The translations under genes and the position numbers were made by a program. Under the pieces are notes generated by a model. The model searched no databases. It was given only the letters and a program-made list of their open reading frames with translations, and was not told where the DNA came from. Positions 43,490 to 51,866 of a stretch of DNA of 64,000 nucleotides are shown piece after piece. The number at the start of each line of letters is the position of its first letter. The first letter of the stretch is position 1. Origin of the DNA: a virus (Duplodnaviria; Caudoviricetes); the IMG/VR virus record IMGVR_UViG_3300026493_000002. One strand, written 5' to 3'.

Positions 43490-43867
43490 TCAGATGCCGA
43501 CGTTCAGGCCTTCGGCTTCGGCGTCGTCGAGCATCTTGGTCAGGCGGCGGACAAACTCGCGACCCGCATCGAGCGGCAGACCGCCGACAGCGACGTGCAG
43601 CAGATGCTCGGTGTCGTTGCTGCTGGCTTCGACGCTGGCCTGACCAACGTTGTTGCCTGCCCGGAGCGAACAGCGCAGGCGGTCGAAGTCGAGGGGAAAC
43701 ACGCCGTCGGGACGGATCGCTGCGGATTCGCGGGTCGAGACGTTGATGACCGGCGCACGCTTCACGACTGCACGCTTGGTGACGACCTTCGATGCTGCGG
43801 TGTTGCTCTTCGCGGGACGACCACGCTTGGCGGCGTTCGGCTTCTGCTGATTCTTCGGTGCGGGCAT
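43490..43867 (-). CDS. Small basic protein with AT-hook
   Basis: KRGRPAK at residues 14-20. Confidence 0.7.
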   Translation of the reverse strand: MPAPKNQQKPNAAKRGRPAKSNTAASKVVTKRAVVKRAPVINVSTRESAAIRPDGVFPLDFDRLRCSLRAGNNVGQASVEASSNDTEHLLHVAVGGLPLDAGREFVRRLTKMLDDAEAEGLNVGI

Positions 43868-43910
43868 AGCGATAACCTCTTGGATAGTGGGTACTGCCTA
43901 GTGATTGATA

Positions 43911-43917
43911 TTTACAG
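43911..43917 (-). promoter_or_regulatory. Putative middle promoter motif CTGTAAA(T)
   Basis: Intergenic, 44 nt upstream of the start. Confidence 0.5.
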
Positions 43918-43932
43918 TTCCTTGCGGACTGC

Positions 43933-44289
43933 CTATTCTTCGGCCGTTTCGAGACCCGCTTCCGATGCAGAGGCAATTAGCATCCGCAACTTCTTGGCGA
44001 CCTTCTGGCCTTTTTCGAGTGGAATCGTGGTTCCCTTCTTGGTGGGCTTCCACTCGCCGCTCGCCTTGTCCTTGTAGTAGTGGCGGATATCCACGTAATG
44101 CTTTCCGCCATACTCCTGCACGGACAGGACGACACGGCCGCTGTCGGACTTCTTGACAAAGGTGGTCAATTCCGAAAGATCGAGTTTGGGCTTTTCGGCC
44201 TTTTTCGATTTCGTCGGCTTGTCACCCTTCGACTTCTTGTTTACAGCTTTTTCCACTTCGTCCTTACTGCGGGTTTTTCCCGATTTCAT
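43933..44289 (-). CDS. PC4/p15 (YdbC-like) single-stranded DNA-binding protein
   Basis: LSVQEYGGKHYVDIRHYY...EWKPTKKG PC4 signature; start MKSGKT. Confidence 0.9.
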   Translation of the reverse strand: MKSGKTRSKDEVEKAVNKKSKGDKPTKSKKAEKPKLDLSELTTFVKKSDSGRVVLSVQEYGGKHYVDIRHYYKDKASGEWKPTKKGTTIPLEKGQKVAKKLRMLIASASEAGLETAEE

Positions 44290-44642
44290 GCCGGCACCTT
44301 TTTGTGATCGCGCAGGATGTTGATGTGCGATTTGCACCAGGCGATGACGGTCGACGGGAACAGCGTGTAGCGGTTGTCCCGCAGTACCTGCTGAACTGCA
44401 CGATCATCAACGCGCCATACAACGGACAGGTTTTCTTCCATCGCGATGGCTTCGCACTCCTCGATCAGGCACTGAGCGGTGTCAGCGTCGATCCCAGCCA
44501 CGTCGTAAACCCGAAGCTGGTTGGTGTGGACAGACAGACTCACCGCGAAGGTGACGCCGGCGTCGTTGTACTTGGCGACGATCAGCGGTGCACCAAGCTG
44601 CTCCTTGATGGCAGCCATGATCTGCTTGGAGAGTCCGCTCAT
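44286..44642 (-). CDS. Hypothetical protein
   Basis: 118 aa, translationally coupled on both sides. Confidence 0.7.
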   Translation of the reverse strand: MSGLSKQIMAAIKEQLGAPLIVAKYNDAGVTFAVSLSVHTNQLRVYDVAGIDADTAQCLIEECEAIAMEENLSVVWRVDDRAVQQVLRDNRYTLFPSTVIAWCKSHINILRDHKKVPA

Positions 44643-45133
44643 GCCAGACCAACCCGCGACAGACCCATGAAGCTGTCCAGCAGCGCGGCATGTTCCTCGC
44701 GCATCTGCTCCACCGTCTTGTAGAAGCTCGGCGGATTCGAGAACTCCAGCTTGGAGAACCCGACACGCGGCAGGAACTGCTCGATGTTGCGATCCTGAAC
44801 TTCATGCACCATCAGGGCGTGACCGTACAGCGTGGCGCAACGCTGGGCCTGCTGGATCAAGGCACGCATCAAACCACGACGGCGGTTCTTCGGGTTCACG
44901 AACAGACCAGTGATGTAGACCGTCGGGGTTTCCTTGCGATCTTCCAGCGTGCGCTTACCGACACGAATGTCGACCGTCCCTTCGGCGGTTTCAACACGGC
45001 AGTTGATCGACAGGCCGGCACGGCGCTGGCTGTTTTCGATCAGGTCCTGCAACTGGACAGTGAACTGCGGGAGAAGCAAGCACTGCGCGAGACTTTCCAT
45101 AGGCTGGACGAGGCGTACATTGGGCTGAGACAT
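44639..45133 (-). CDS. GNAT-family acetyltransferase
   Basis: YITGLFVNPKNRRRGLMRALI acetyl-CoA motif A; FLPRVGF; start MSQPNV. Confidence 0.75.
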   Translation of the reverse strand: MSQPNVRLVQPMESLAQCLLLPQFTVQLQDLIENSQRRAGLSINCRVETAEGTVDIRVGKRTLEDRKETPTVYITGLFVNPKNRRRGLMRALIQQAQRCATLYGHALMVHEVQDRNIEQFLPRVGFSKLEFSNPPSFYKTVEQMREEHAALLDSFMGLSRVGLA

Positions 45134-45160
45134 GATATGGGAACTCCGATATAGAAGAAA

Positions 45161-45169
45161 CGGGTTTGA
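45161..45169 (-). repeat. TCAAACCCG box, single copy
   Basis: Intergenic copy 27 nt upstream of the GNAT start. Confidence 0.55.
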
Positions 45170-45178
45170 CAACTGGGA

Positions 45179-46153
45179 TCAGGACGCCTTGAGCTTGCGG
45201 AATTCCTTGACGTCCTTGAAATGCTCGTGGAAGAACTCGCCCTGCGATTCGGCGAGAGTGAACTGGGTGAATTCCTTGACCGACACGTCCTCGTAGAGGT
45301 ACTTGCCGCCGTTCTTGAACTCCAGCTTGAGGCGCTGGCTCTGCGGGTTGTACCATGCGGTCAGGATCGTGGACGACTCGATGTTCAGACGCCAGATCGG
45401 CTTGGTGCGGGCCGACGAGGCTGCTGCCTTCTTCTGCTTGGTCGAGGTCAGCGCGTCAGCCTTCTTCTTGGATTTGGGCGCACGCTTGATGCTCTTGGGA
45501 CGCAGGCGCAGGTTGGCTTTCTTGTCACGGCCCACACGGTTCTTTTCGGGCAGGCCTTCAACCGCATCGGCAGCATCGCGGTCCATGATCTTGCCGCTCG
45601 ACTTGTTCTTCTTGGCGTCCTTCTTTTCAAACCCGTCTTCGAGGGCGACCGGAATGGACAACGTGCGAGCAACGCTGCGCACCGCCAAGCGGTTGGACTT
45701 TTCATCACCGCTGGTCAGAATGACCCGTGCGCCGTCAGTCTTGGCATCTTCGCCGAGTTGCTTGGCCAGCTTCTTCGCGTCCTTGGCAGCGGGACACAGG
45801 ACGACAAACTTGGCTGCCTTCTTCTTCTTGGTCGCCTTGGCAGGCGCCTTCTTGCCCTTCGACTTCTTCGCAGCCTTCGGTTCGACGCCGACGGTCTTCA
45901 CGCTATCGTCGTCAGCGCGGGGACGACCGCGGCCGGCGACTACGTTGCCAGTCACGTCTTCCGCCGTGGCTGCGGTGTCCAGCACCTTGATCTTGGATGC
46001 GGGAATGGTGATCGTGCGGCCCGTGCGCGTGAAGTCCAGCGACGGCTTCTTGTTCAGGCGTTCTTCAACTGCCTTGGCATCCTGTGCCGAATCGAAGCGG
46101 AAGCGGATGGTTTCTTCTTTGGTGTTGCGGGCCTTGCGGACGTTGTTTGCCAT
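45179..46153 (-). CDS. Basic protein with AT-hook and C-terminal KTSC domain
   Basis: GRGRPR; SSTI...WYNP....L.LEFKNGGKYLY.DV....F.....AESQGEFFH KTSC signature. Confidence 0.85.
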   Translation of the reverse strand: MANNVRKARNTKEETIRFRFDSAQDAKAVEERLNKKPSLDFTRTGRTITIPASKIKVLDTAATAEDVTGNVVAGRGRPRADDDSVKTVGVEPKAAKKSKGKKAPAKATKKKKAAKFVVLCPAAKDAKKLAKQLGEDAKTDGARVILTSGDEKSNRLAVRSVARTLSIPVALEDGFEKKDAKKNKSSGKIMDRDAADAVEGLPEKNRVGRDKKANLRLRPKSIKRAPKSKKKADALTSTKQKKAAASSARTKPIWRLNIESSTILTAWYNPQSQRLKLEFKNGGKYLYEDVSVKEFTQFTLAESQGEFFHEHFKDVKEFRKLKAS

Positions 46154-46224
46154 GACGGGAATTCCTCTTGGGATGTTGTCGTTTCGATGTAGGAAAATCG
46201 CGCTCAGTTGTTACGCCTAGATTT

Positions 46225-46343
46225 TCAAACCCGAAGCGACAAGCGCGAATGTCGCTCTCTAGGGAAGTATATCACGCCCGTGAAAGACGTGTCAAGGGAT
46301 CGCACCCTAAGCGGCGCAGTGGGGTTACGCCGATCGGGTTTGA
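46225..46343 (-). promoter_or_regulatory. Sigma70 promoter TTGACA-N18-TATACT (TGn extended -10) bracketed by inverted TCAAACCCGA boxes
   Basis: -10 at 46266-46271, -35 at 46290-46295; boxes at 46225-46234 and 46334-46343. Confidence 0.85.
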
Positions 46344-46348
46344 AGTTC

Positions 46349-47029
46349 TCAGGAGTTCCGAAGCAGGCTATTGCCCGCGTAGGTGCCCTCCATCATGGAG
46401 AACGAAATGCGCAGATACTCAGGCATCCGCGTCATGTAGTTTTTGTCGAAGGAGAAGATCACGTCGTTCACCACGTCCCACCACAGGTCCACACCGTGCG
46501 GCAGTTCGCCGTCACCAAACGTTTTCTTGGTGAACGCAGTCGGGCGAGAGGTCTTGCGCTGGTTGTCGCGGAGTTCGATCAACCAGTTGACGTATTGGTC
46601 CAGTTCCTGGCCGCGCAGCCTCGTGTACAGGCGAAGCGCGTAGCTGCGACCGTCCTTGGTGAGGAACAGGTTCTCAGCCTTGAACGTCTCGTATGCGAAA
46701 GAGGTCAGGTGCATACGGCGCAGCGATTCCGGCAGCGCATCGAAGGAGAAGCCCGGACCGTTCATGTGGTCGAGGCTGATCGAATCGAAGAAGCGCGCGT
46801 CACGGTACTTGCCGAGCGGCCGGCGAATGCTGGCGCGCTGAATGTGGGACGGCGGCATCGGATGCGGAATGATGACCTGCGAATCTTCGGGAATGGCTAG
46901 AGGTACTTCGCGCTGCACGATGCCGTAGCCGGGCGCGTCGTTGTCCATTCCGACGAAGGTCCAACCGTTGTGGGTGTAGCTGTCATACTGCTCCAGAGGA
47001 ACAGACAGCTTATAGGTGCGAATAGCCAT
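46349..47029 (-). CDS. Conserved-type phage hypothetical protein
   Basis: 226 aa; LDHM....FSFDALPESLRR and LWWDVVND blocks. Confidence 0.75.
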   Translation of the reverse strand: MAIRTYKLSVPLEQYDSYTHNGWTFVGMDNDAPGYGIVQREVPLAIPEDSQVIIPHPMPPSHIQRASIRRPLGKYRDARFFDSISLDHMNGPGFSFDALPESLRRMHLTSFAYETFKAENLFLTKDGRSYALRLYTRLRGQELDQYVNWLIELRDNQRKTSRPTAFTKKTFGDGELPHGVDLWWDVVNDVIFSFDKNYMTRMPEYLRISFSMMEGTYAGNSLLRNS

Positions 47030-47200
47030 GGGAGTTTACTCTCGATATGTAGGCGATTGACTGGTCGGTAGAAGCAACCAGCGTCCTTGTTGATAGTGAC
47101 TGGGCATTTGCTGTGGCACGTGTATTGAAAACAGCGACCCCAATCACGGTGATATGCTTCGCGCAACGTGCCTCCGTTTCCGGTATGCGCTAGCCAACCT

Positions 47201-47278
47201 CTACTCCGTGATTAGGGCAACACGATGATTCGACTGTAGCAGCACGATTAGTTTCGCGCTGTAGTGTTCAGGCATCAT
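47201..47278 (-). CDS. Possible 25-aa peptide
   Basis: AGGAGA RBS before ATGATG; fills an otherwise empty gap. Confidence 0.3.
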   Translation of the reverse strand: MMPEHYSAKLIVLLQSNHRVALITE

Positions 47279-47309
47279 GCGTCTCCTAACGCTATGGTTC
47301 GATTTCGCC

Positions 47310-47681
47310 CTAGTCTGCGTAGTCATCACCGCTAGTGCGGTAATGCTCTTCCAACTCCGCTTCGAGGGCTTCGTTCTGTTTCTTGCGGCACGGCTCACAG
47401 ACCTCGTACACAGGTCCAGCCATGCCTTCTTCGGGATCACGGACCGAACGCAACTCGACGTTCTCCGTTTTGCACCAGTCGCAACGCCCAACGAGTTCCT
47501 CACGTTTCGGGATGTGGCGTGCGCAGAAGTCCAGGTACTCGGCACCGAACGAATCGGTTTCGCCTTGCACGCGCACTGTTGCGTCACTCAGACAACCGTG
47601 ATGATCGCACGCGACGGTAGCTGGCGGTACGCTCCGTGCGCCCGGCAGAGTAGAGACTGGTCCAGATGATACGTCAGCCAT
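47310..47681 (-). CDS. Zinc-binding hypothetical protein
   Basis: CDHH...C..H and CDWC...VCEPC; start MADVSS after AGGAG. Confidence 0.75.
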   Translation of the reverse strand: MADVSSGPVSTLPGARSVPPATVACDHHGCLSDATVRVQGETDSFGAEYLDFCARHIPKREELVGRCDWCKTENVELRSVRDPEEGMAGPVYEVCEPCRKKQNEALEAELEEHYRTSGDDYAD

Positions 47682-47722
47682 TTCGCATAGCTCCTTTGCT
47701 GTGGGCAGAATCCGACAATTTT

Positions 47723-47830
47723 TCAAACCCGAATCAGTGTGTTCGATATAGAGTCGGGCAAGGACAGTATAACACAGTCGAATGAAAATGTCAAATATAG
47801 CCCGCTGCAGGTATATGCGTACGGGTTTGA
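47723..47830 (-). promoter_or_regulatory. Sigma70 promoter TTGACA-N17-TATACT (TGn extended -10) bracketed by inverted TCAAACCCG boxes
   Basis: -10 at 47766-47771, -35 at 47789-47794; boxes at 47723-47732 and 47822-47830. Confidence 0.85.
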
Positions 47831-47851
47831 AATATCTAGGTTTTAGCGCGG

Positions 47852-47889
47852 AAAAGAAAAAGGGACCATGCCAGTAGCACAGTCCCCTT
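47852..47889 (-). terminator. Rho-independent terminator
   Basis: AGGGGACTGTGC-TACTG-GCATGGTCCCTT followed by TTTCTTTT. Confidence 0.85.
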
Positions 47890-47895
47890 GGCGCA

Positions 47896-48246
47896 CTATT
47901 TCAATGCGCCTGTAATCGTAAAGCTGTAGGTCATACGGTTCGTCTTCGGTTCCAGTTCGCATTCAATCTTGAGCTTGCACTCCACCGCCGAAGTGCGCAG
48001 CTTGATTTGCTCGGCCATGCCCCCGATGACTTTGGCCGCCGCATCGCTCAACGTCAGCGGCAAGGAAGAGTAGTCGATACCCTTCTCCTTAGCCATCGTT
48101 TCGTTCAACTGCTGGAGAAATGCGTCAAGGTGTTCAAGACGAAGGTCCGGGTTGATGTGCCCGACAACATGGGGCACGCCGTCTCGCGGAATGGTGAAGG
48201 AGCCGTCGAGGTTGATCAGGATCGGACTTCCCAGTTGGGTGCCCAT
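47896..48246 (-). CDS. Hypothetical protein
   Basis: 116 aa. Confidence 0.7.
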   Translation of the reverse strand: MGTQLGSPILINLDGSFTIPRDGVPHVVGHINPDLRLEHLDAFLQQLNETMAKEKGIDYSSLPLTLSDAAAKVIGGMAEQIKLRTSAVECKLKIECELEPKTNRMTYSFTITGALK

Positions 48247-48248
48247 AG

Positions 48249-49103
48249 TTATCGGTTCCTTGGAAGTCGTTTCTGTTTCTTGTTGCGTTTAGCCTTTTTG
48301 TCGGCAGTCCCTTTTACAGGATCGCCGCCGGTGACTTCATCCACCCCGACAACTGAAAGGATATATCGCACCTCATAAGGGGAAGTCTCGTACTTGGCGC
48401 ACAGGACGTCGAACGTTGCAGAGTTGCGCTTGGACCTGAACTCCGCGAACAGAGAGGCAAAGGCCTTGCCGACCTCAGAACTGAGGATCGTCCGCATCTT
48501 GGTGTTAGCGCGATCGGTCAACTCAAGATCGTGGTCGCGGGTCAATTCCCGGATCATCTGATCGTAGGTCATGCCCGTATACAAGAACCGAGCGCACGCT
48601 TCCTTTACAGGAGTTTGGTGCGTGCTGCTCGGCAGGGTGTAGATGAAGGTCATCAGCGGATTGAGGAGCGAGCCTCGTTTCACGCTGTCAATCATCACAC
48701 CCAGAAAATCTTTCTTCTCGCGCTCAACGTCGAGCTTGGCAATACGCTGGCCGGTGCGCAGCACAATGCGAGAAAGAGGTTGTTCGTGGCAGACTACGCC
48801 GCCTTGTTCCTTTACGGGTGCGAAGTCGAAGGGCACGCAGCCCTTGACCTCGACCAGCCGCAGTGCCGATGCAAATACGACGACGATTACTTCCGCGTAT
48901 TCTGCGGAGTTCAACGTCGGCAGATTGCGGTAGAAATCCTGCATGGCTACCAGAAATAGAACACGCTTCTCGGGTTTCGCTGCGGGCAATACGTCTCCAC
49001 TGCGAACAACAAGGACGTCACTGGACGTCCCGATCGTCTTGGCCTTGACTAGGAAATCTACCACCTGCAACGGACTGTTGTATGCAACGCCAAAACAGTA
49101 CAT
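48249..49103 (-). CDS. Hypothetical protein
   Basis: 284 aa from MYCFGV. Confidence 0.7.
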   Translation of the reverse strand: MYCFGVAYNSPLQVVDFLVKAKTIGTSSDVLVVRSGDVLPAAKPEKRVLFLVAMQDFYRNLPTLNSAEYAEVIVVVFASALRLVEVKGCVPFDFAPVKEQGGVVCHEQPLSRIVLRTGQRIAKLDVEREKKDFLGVMIDSVKRGSLLNPLMTFIYTLPSSTHQTPVKEACARFLYTGMTYDQMIRELTRDHDLELTDRANTKMRTILSSEVGKAFASLFAEFRSKRNSATFDVLCAKYETSPYEVRYILSVVGVDEVTGGDPVKGTADKKAKRNKKQKRLPRNR

Positions 49104-49132
49104 GTGGTGGTTCTCTCTTTTATCTGTGGAGT

Positions 49133-49140
49133 CTTTACAG
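49133..49140 (-). promoter_or_regulatory. Putative middle promoter motif CTGTAAAG
   Basis: 30 nt upstream of the start; overlaps the upstream stop codon. Confidence 0.45.
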
Positions 49141-49506
49141 TTTCTCGAAGTGGTCCAATTCGCACTCAAATACGAGGCCGGGTTGGTTCAGGCGGCGACA
49201 CGTTGAGGTCCACAGCCCGAAGAGCCGGTAGCCATCAATATCCAGAGTGATCTTCGGCGTAGGCGCACCGTACGGCTGCTGAATATACAGGGGCACCTGG
49301 TCGAGACTGTCGAATTCGATCACGGCAGGATGAATCTTGACTACGCCACGCACGGTCATAACTCGGGACACGTGCGGCTTGGACTGAGCCATGAATGGAA
49401 TGCAGTCCATCAGGAAGGAGCCCAGTTTGGCTACGACTGGGCGATCGTCCACCTCTATCAGATGGGTTGACTCGTCACCTACCGGAGGCGTGAGTAGCTT
49501 CGGCAT
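49135..49506 (-). CDS. Hypothetical protein
   Basis: 123 aa, coupled to the upstream gene. Confidence 0.6.
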   Translation of the reverse strand: MPKLLTPPVGDESTHLIEVDDRPVVAKLGSFLMDCIPFMAQSKPHVSRVMTVRGVVKIHPAVIEFDSLDQVPLYIQQPYGAPTPKITLDIDGYRLFGLWTSTCRRLNQPGLVFECELDHFEKL

Positions 49507-50114
49507 CAGTACAGGTTCTCCGAGTAAAGATCCTTCTTGGGCCAGCCGCCGACCTTGCGCAACTGGTTGTTCGCTTCCGCCAGCACGCGGGCCTGTTCAC
49601 GGTTGTACCAACGGCCGTGCTGGTCGATGAAGCCTTGCTTGGACCAAAGCTCTTCACCGAACTTGCCGCGCAGTAGACCAACGAGCGGACCCATGATGCC
49701 GTCGTAGTGACGCGGGCCTGGCACGATGATACCGAACGGCGTACCCATCGGCGAACGGAACACGTAGTAGTTGCCGGAGCAGACGATCAGCGGCGAGGAC
49801 AGGTTCGGAACATGCGGAGCCGGCGACACGTTGGCGTTCACCGAGAACATGGACAGCGAGCCCTCAGCGACCGACACTTCCGAATCGGTGTCGAGTACAT
49901 GCACGCGCAGATGATCGTAGCTGTCGCGGCCCAGGATGTAGACGACGGCGCCAGGCAGTTTCGACGACACGCACGGCACGCCCTTGAACAGGCGGGTGTT
50001 CTCGAACTGGCCGAAGTCCTTGCGCAGTTCAATCTCACGCTCGGACGGCAACGGCAGTGGGTTGTACGGAAGCTCCGGCAGGACTTCGTGCTTGGTGGGA
50101 TCGGCTACGTTCAC
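49506..50114 (-). CDS. Hypothetical protein with a common phage C-terminal domain
   Basis: G.RH.D..M...QGFIDQHG..Y.RE.A...A...Q...LYSENLY pattern. Confidence 0.75.
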   Translation of the reverse strand: MNVADPTKHEVLPELPYNPLPLPSEREIELRKDFGQFENTRLFKGVPCVSSKLPGAVVYILGRDSYDHLRVHVLDTDSEVSVAEGSLSMFSVNANVSPAPHVPNLSSPLIVCSGNYYVFRSPMGTPFGIIVPGPRHYDGIMGPLVGLLRGKFGEELWSKQGFIDQHGRWYNREQARVLAEANNQLRKVGGWPKKDLYSENLY

Positions 50115-50620
50115 TGCGAGACTCCCAGGCCCATACGCTTGACCGAAGCGTAAATGTCTTCGGACTGGAGCCGCGCTTCCTCGTCAGGAGTGCGCGACAG
50201 ATGGGCGAGGTCAGCACGGTGCTGGAAGATCGCGGCTTCGACGCTCTTGAGTTCCGACAGGTACTCGCCCAGCGTTTGATTCAGGCGGCTGCCGCGAGGA
50301 CCACGCGGGCCGATGCTCGGATCAGCAGCAGCGACCTGGCGATACAGTCGCTCCTCTTCTGCGATAGCGAGCTCCAAGTAGGAGGCAGCGTCCTCGAGAG
50401 TGAGTACACGCGGCAGCACCTTGGGCTCGGCGCCTTCAAGGTGTGCACGAACGAGGCAGTCCTTGGCTTCCAGCAGCTTGCGCAGGCCAGCAGACTTCTC
50501 GGCACCGTCCGGCAGCGTAGCGTCCATCTGGCGTGCGAGTTCGCAGATGGGCTTGCTGACTTCCTGCAGGTCGGGCCGCAGGTGTTCGTACTTGAAGTGT
50601 CTCAGGATCGGAGAAGGCAT
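50111..50620 (-). CDS. Helical-hairpin protein resembling Acb2/Tad1-type sponges, with C-terminal extension
   Basis: FKYEHL..DLQEVSKP...LPDGAEKSAGLRKLLEAKDCLVRA. Confidence 0.55.
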   Translation of the reverse strand: MPSPILRHFKYEHLRPDLQEVSKPICELARQMDATLPDGAEKSAGLRKLLEAKDCLVRAHLEGAEPKVLPRVLTLEDAASYLELAIAEEERLYRQVAAADPSIGPRGPRGSRLNQTLGEYLSELKSVEAAIFQHRADLAHLSRTPDEEARLQSEDIYASVKRMGLGVSQ

Positions 50621-51057
50621 CAGTCGGTTTCCTTTTCGATTTCGGTGAGGGCGAAGTCCCGCAGGCCGAAGTAATCAGCCTTGTACTCGCGCTCGTGGAT
50701 GGTGACGCTACGCTGCACGGCGGCCGATCGGGTGAAGCGCACGGCGCCACGATAGAAGCGAATGTTGAGGACCTGCTCGCGGTCATCGTAGACAAGCTCC
50801 TGCACGGCTTCACGGCACAGAAGCGTCACACTGTTACGCGCGAGCGCAACCAAGCTGGAGTTGATCTTCTTGTCCTTGCCCGTCTGCAGGCGAGCCAGCG
50901 GTTCGAGGCGGATCGACAGGTCGAACCATTGGCCACCGACACGGTCCTGACCATGACGGTAATAACTGTGTTTCATAGGCTCGATGTTGTCGTGCGCCGC
51001 GCGACGAATGCCGGCGGCAGCTGCCATCACAACGGCCAAATAGATATCGGAATTCAC
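50620..51057 (-). CDS. Hypothetical protein
   Basis: GTG start after AAAGGA; 145 aa. Confidence 0.6.
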   Translation of the reverse strand: MNSDIYLAVVMAAAAGIRRAAHDNIEPMKHSYYRHGQDRVGGQWFDLSIRLEPLARLQTGKDKKINSSLVALARNSVTLLCREAVQELVYDDREQVLNIRFYRGAVRFTRSAAVQRSVTIHEREYKADYFGLRDFALTEIEKETD

Positions 51058-51070
51058 AGGTTGCTTCCTT

Positions 51071-51445
51071 TCAGAGTGTTTCGATTTCGGGGCACAGCTT
51101 GTGGAACAGCGCCTCGTCAACTTCGATTTGGAACACGCGGAGAGTACCCTCACCGACGCGACTGATGTGGTAGTCCGAATCGTACGCGATGATGCCGCGA
51201 GGATCCTGATGCAGGTCGGCGACCAGTTCATTCAGGTCCTGAACGTCAGCTTCGAGACTCTCGCACGTACCGAGGTCAGTAGCCTTCAATCGGAGGTTCT
51301 TGTTGGGCCCTTCCTGAGTGATGTAGACCCAAAGCGGGTGACCATCACTCACGGAGAAGCCGCGCAAGGCATGCGCCAGCGTTTCATAGTCTTCCGTGGA
51401 CTTCGGCCCCTGTACCGACAGCAGCAATGCAATGCGCGTAGCCAT
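51071..51445 (-). CDS. Hypothetical protein
   Basis: 124 aa. Confidence 0.7.
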   Translation of the reverse strand: MATRIALLLSVQGPKSTEDYETLAHALRGFSVSDGHPLWVYITQEGPNKNLRLKATDLGTCESLEADVQDLNELVADLHQDPRGIIAYDSDYHISRVGEGTLRVFQIEVDEALFHKLCPEIETL

Positions 51446-51448
51446 GAC

Positions 51449-51634
51449 TCAGTTCCCCTGCGATAACGACGAGTTGAGGGCAAGCAACTGCACCGCGAGC
51501 TTTCTCTCGGTCGGTGTCAGACTTTCCCAGTGTTTGCGGCGAGCCTCACGCAGCGCCTCACGGTCAGCTGCATTCTTCTCAACGGCCGCGTTCTTGCGCT
51601 CCTCGAAGGAGCCGCGTTTCTTTGCCTGTCCCAC
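51449..51634 (-). CDS. Small basic helical protein
   Basis: MGQAKKRGSFEERK start after GGAG. Confidence 0.7.
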   Translation of the reverse strand: MGQAKKRGSFEERKNAAVEKNAADREALREARRKHWESLTPTERKLAVQLLALNSSLSQGN

Positions 51635-51635
51635 G

Positions 51636-51848
51636 TTACTCTCCTTCGCGCACCGGCGTCAGTGCGCCAGTGTCGATCCAGTTCTCGGTGCTGCACTTCG
51701 GGCACTTGACTACGTGCGCCGCGCCGTTCCGATCATCGTCCACCAGGCGGGTTTCGGACTTGCGGAATGCGAACACCGTCTTGCACTTCTTGCATGTGCA
51801 TTTGTACTCGATGGTGTTCGGATCGGTTCCGTCTTTGATGATGCGCAT
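51636..51848 (-). CDS. Zinc-ribbon protein
   Basis: CKKC...CPKC; AGGAG RBS. Confidence 0.75.
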   Translation of the reverse strand: MRIIKDGTDPNTIEYKCTCKKCKTVFAFRKSETRLVDDDRNGAAHVVKCPKCSTENWIDTGALTPVREGE

Positions 51849-51866
51849 TGCTCTCTCCTGAATGCG

